DNA from: Octopus sinensis | Taxonomy: Eukaryota | NCBI RefSeq assembly: GCF_006345805.1 | Contig: NC_043004.1 | Location: forward strand, 89,404,001-89,468,000 | Reading direction: 5' to 3' | DNA: 64,000 nt | In this document: positions 62,422-64,000 of the stretch, piece after piece | How positions within the stretch are numbered: the first letter of the stretch is position 1 | Layout of the letters: every line of letters starts with the position of its first letter | Made by a program: the position numbers and the translations under genes | The notes under the pieces: generated by a model | What the model saw: the letters and a program-made list of their open reading frames with translations, nothing else | Told to the model about the DNA's origin: nothing | The model's database searches: none

Positions 62422-62482
62422 TGCTTTTTAGATTTCTTTAATCCATCTTGAAGATTATGCCAAGCTATATTGTCACCCCATC
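62422..62482 (-). CDS. TXNDC12: Thioredoxin domain-containing protein 12 (ERp18/19)-like, first exon visible in window
   Basis: GWGDNIAWHNLQDGLKKSKK(Q) vs [26 protein letters not shown] acceptor, GTGAGT donor; phase 1-2. Confidence 0.88.
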
Positions 62483-64000
62483 CTGGAAGAATTAATAATA
62501 ATGATAATTTGTTATATTTTAATTATCTTCTTCATACTAATTAATATAAAATGTCGGTGACCAAAGACATAAAAAAAAAATGACATATATACTGATATGG
62601 TTAACAGTAAAAAAGAAAATATAATTAAAGAGGTTGAAAAGATCTCCAAAATGTAAAGGTTGATGGTTTCAAACTTTTTCAGTCTCATCAGCCAAATGCA
62701 ATCTAAACTGAACACTATCAGATAAATGATATTACCTCTCTTTAGTCTCTTTAGCTAATGGCAGCTTCAGGATAGTCTTAAAACTTACTTCTAATGTGTA
62801 TATGCATACATGTGTATTCATGTAGAGACAAACACTAACTTGCTGACATTCCTACATGTGAGCAAGTACACACCTTTGAACATATATGACCCCCTTCGGT
62901 CACGACACTGACCATGGGATTGCACCCAGAAAGCTACCCTCCCAGGCACAAGTCCGGGCAAGGTTGTTTATGGAAGACCAGCAGTCGCCCATGCATACCG
63001 GCCTCGCCTCTCCACGCCACCAGTGTTATCCAAGGGAAAGGCAAAGGGGCCAATACAGCTTGGCATCTGTGACATCGCAACTCATTTCTACAGCTGAGTG
63101 AACTGGAGCAACGTGAAATAAAGTGTCTTGCTCAAGAACACAACACGCAGCCCGGTCCGGGATTCGAGCTCACAACCTCACGATCGTAAGCTTGACACTC
63201 TAACCACTGAGCCATGTGCAAGTACACACTTTTGAACAAGTACAATCATAAACATTGAATGTTGTGCTGGAAAACACACTCACATCTATGCAAATATGGT
63301 GACAGGAAGGGCATCCAACAGTAGAAACCATGTCACAACAGACAACTGGAGTCTGGACAGATCCATGTCAAACTGTCCAACCCATGCCAGCATGGAAAGC
63401 GGACATTAAAACGATGATGATGATGTGTGTAAATAAGAGCAGGCATGGTTGTGCGTATAAGCAGCTTGCTTCACAACCACATGGTTTAGGGTTCAGTTCC
63501 ACAATGCAGCACCTAAGGTGTTTTCTACTATAACCCCAGGCCAACCAATGCCTTGTGAGTGACTTTGGTGTGTGGAAGCCTTTCATGTGTGTGTGTGTGT
63601 GTGTGTTTGTCCCCCACCACCACTTGACAACTAGTATTTGTTAATGAGTTTACGTCTGTTTATGATTGTTTACGTCCATGTGAAGACACATAGCTCAGTG
63701 GTTAGACCGTCGAGCTTACGATTGTGGGGTTGTGAGTTCGAATCCTGGACCGGGCTGCGTGTTGCGTTCTTGAGCAAGACACTTTATTTCACATTGCTCC
63801 AGTTCACTCAGCTGTAGAAATGAGTTGCGATGTCACTGATGCCAAGCTGTATCGGCCTTTGCTTTTCTTTTGGATAACACTGGGGGCGTGGAGAGGGGAG
63901 ACCGGTATGCATGAGCAACTGCTGGTCTTCCATAAACAACCTTGCCCAGACTTGTGCCTAGGAGGGTAACTTTCTAGGTGAAATCCCATGGTCAGTCATG

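Noticed and set aside
62735-62753. 19-nt microexon as the missing upstream TXNDC12 exon
   Set aside because: Peptide (LKRLKR) does not fit the family N-terminus; the signal-peptide exon is more likely beyond 64000
63685-63760. tRNA gene
   Set aside because: tRNA-like head continues into a multi-copy SINE body; no acceptor stem closure or terminator
1-64000. The remaining 60-150-aa ORFs in the supplied track
   Set aside because: They recur with near-identical peptides (e.g. LQLDALPNAN, STKSTHKALV, LILCKPSTYS) because they are translations of SINE copies and microsatellites

Overview
AT-rich, repeat-saturated eukaryotic genomic DNA. The SINE families, (TA)n/(CA)n/(GAT)n microsatellites and tiny exons in long introns point to an octopus/coleoid cephalopod genome (inference). 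Three protein-coding genes were assembled by hand from canonical GT-AG exons with matching phases. (1) EIF2B2, eIF2B beta: minus strand, 13 coding exons, 39038->11654, 356 aa, complete. (2) SETD9: plus strand, 6 coding exons, 39944->54028, 294 aa, complete, head-to-head with EIF2B2 (start codons about 0.9 kb apart). (3) TXNDC12/ERp18-like thioredoxin: minus strand, last 6 coding exons 62482->55056, WCGAC active site, C-terminal NEEL, tail-to-tail with SETD9; its signal-peptide exon was not found in the window. The rest is at least five tRNA-derived SINE families, 5'-truncated LINEs (CR1, RTE, RLE/HERO-like), two deleted mariner copies, and TA- and TTAA-flanked MITEs. Almost every ORF in the supplied track is a repeat or antisense artefact. 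No rRNA, genuine tRNA or CRISPR array was seen. The best leads are three long intronic palindromes in EIF2B2, a candidate alternative/poison exon beside one of them, a stem-bulge structured RNA candidate in EIF2B2 intron 1, an inverted mariner duplication sharing one flank, and a duplicated decoy splice acceptor in SETD9. All are leads; none is demonstrated to be a new system. Repeat boundaries are approximate and only representative SINE copies are listed.
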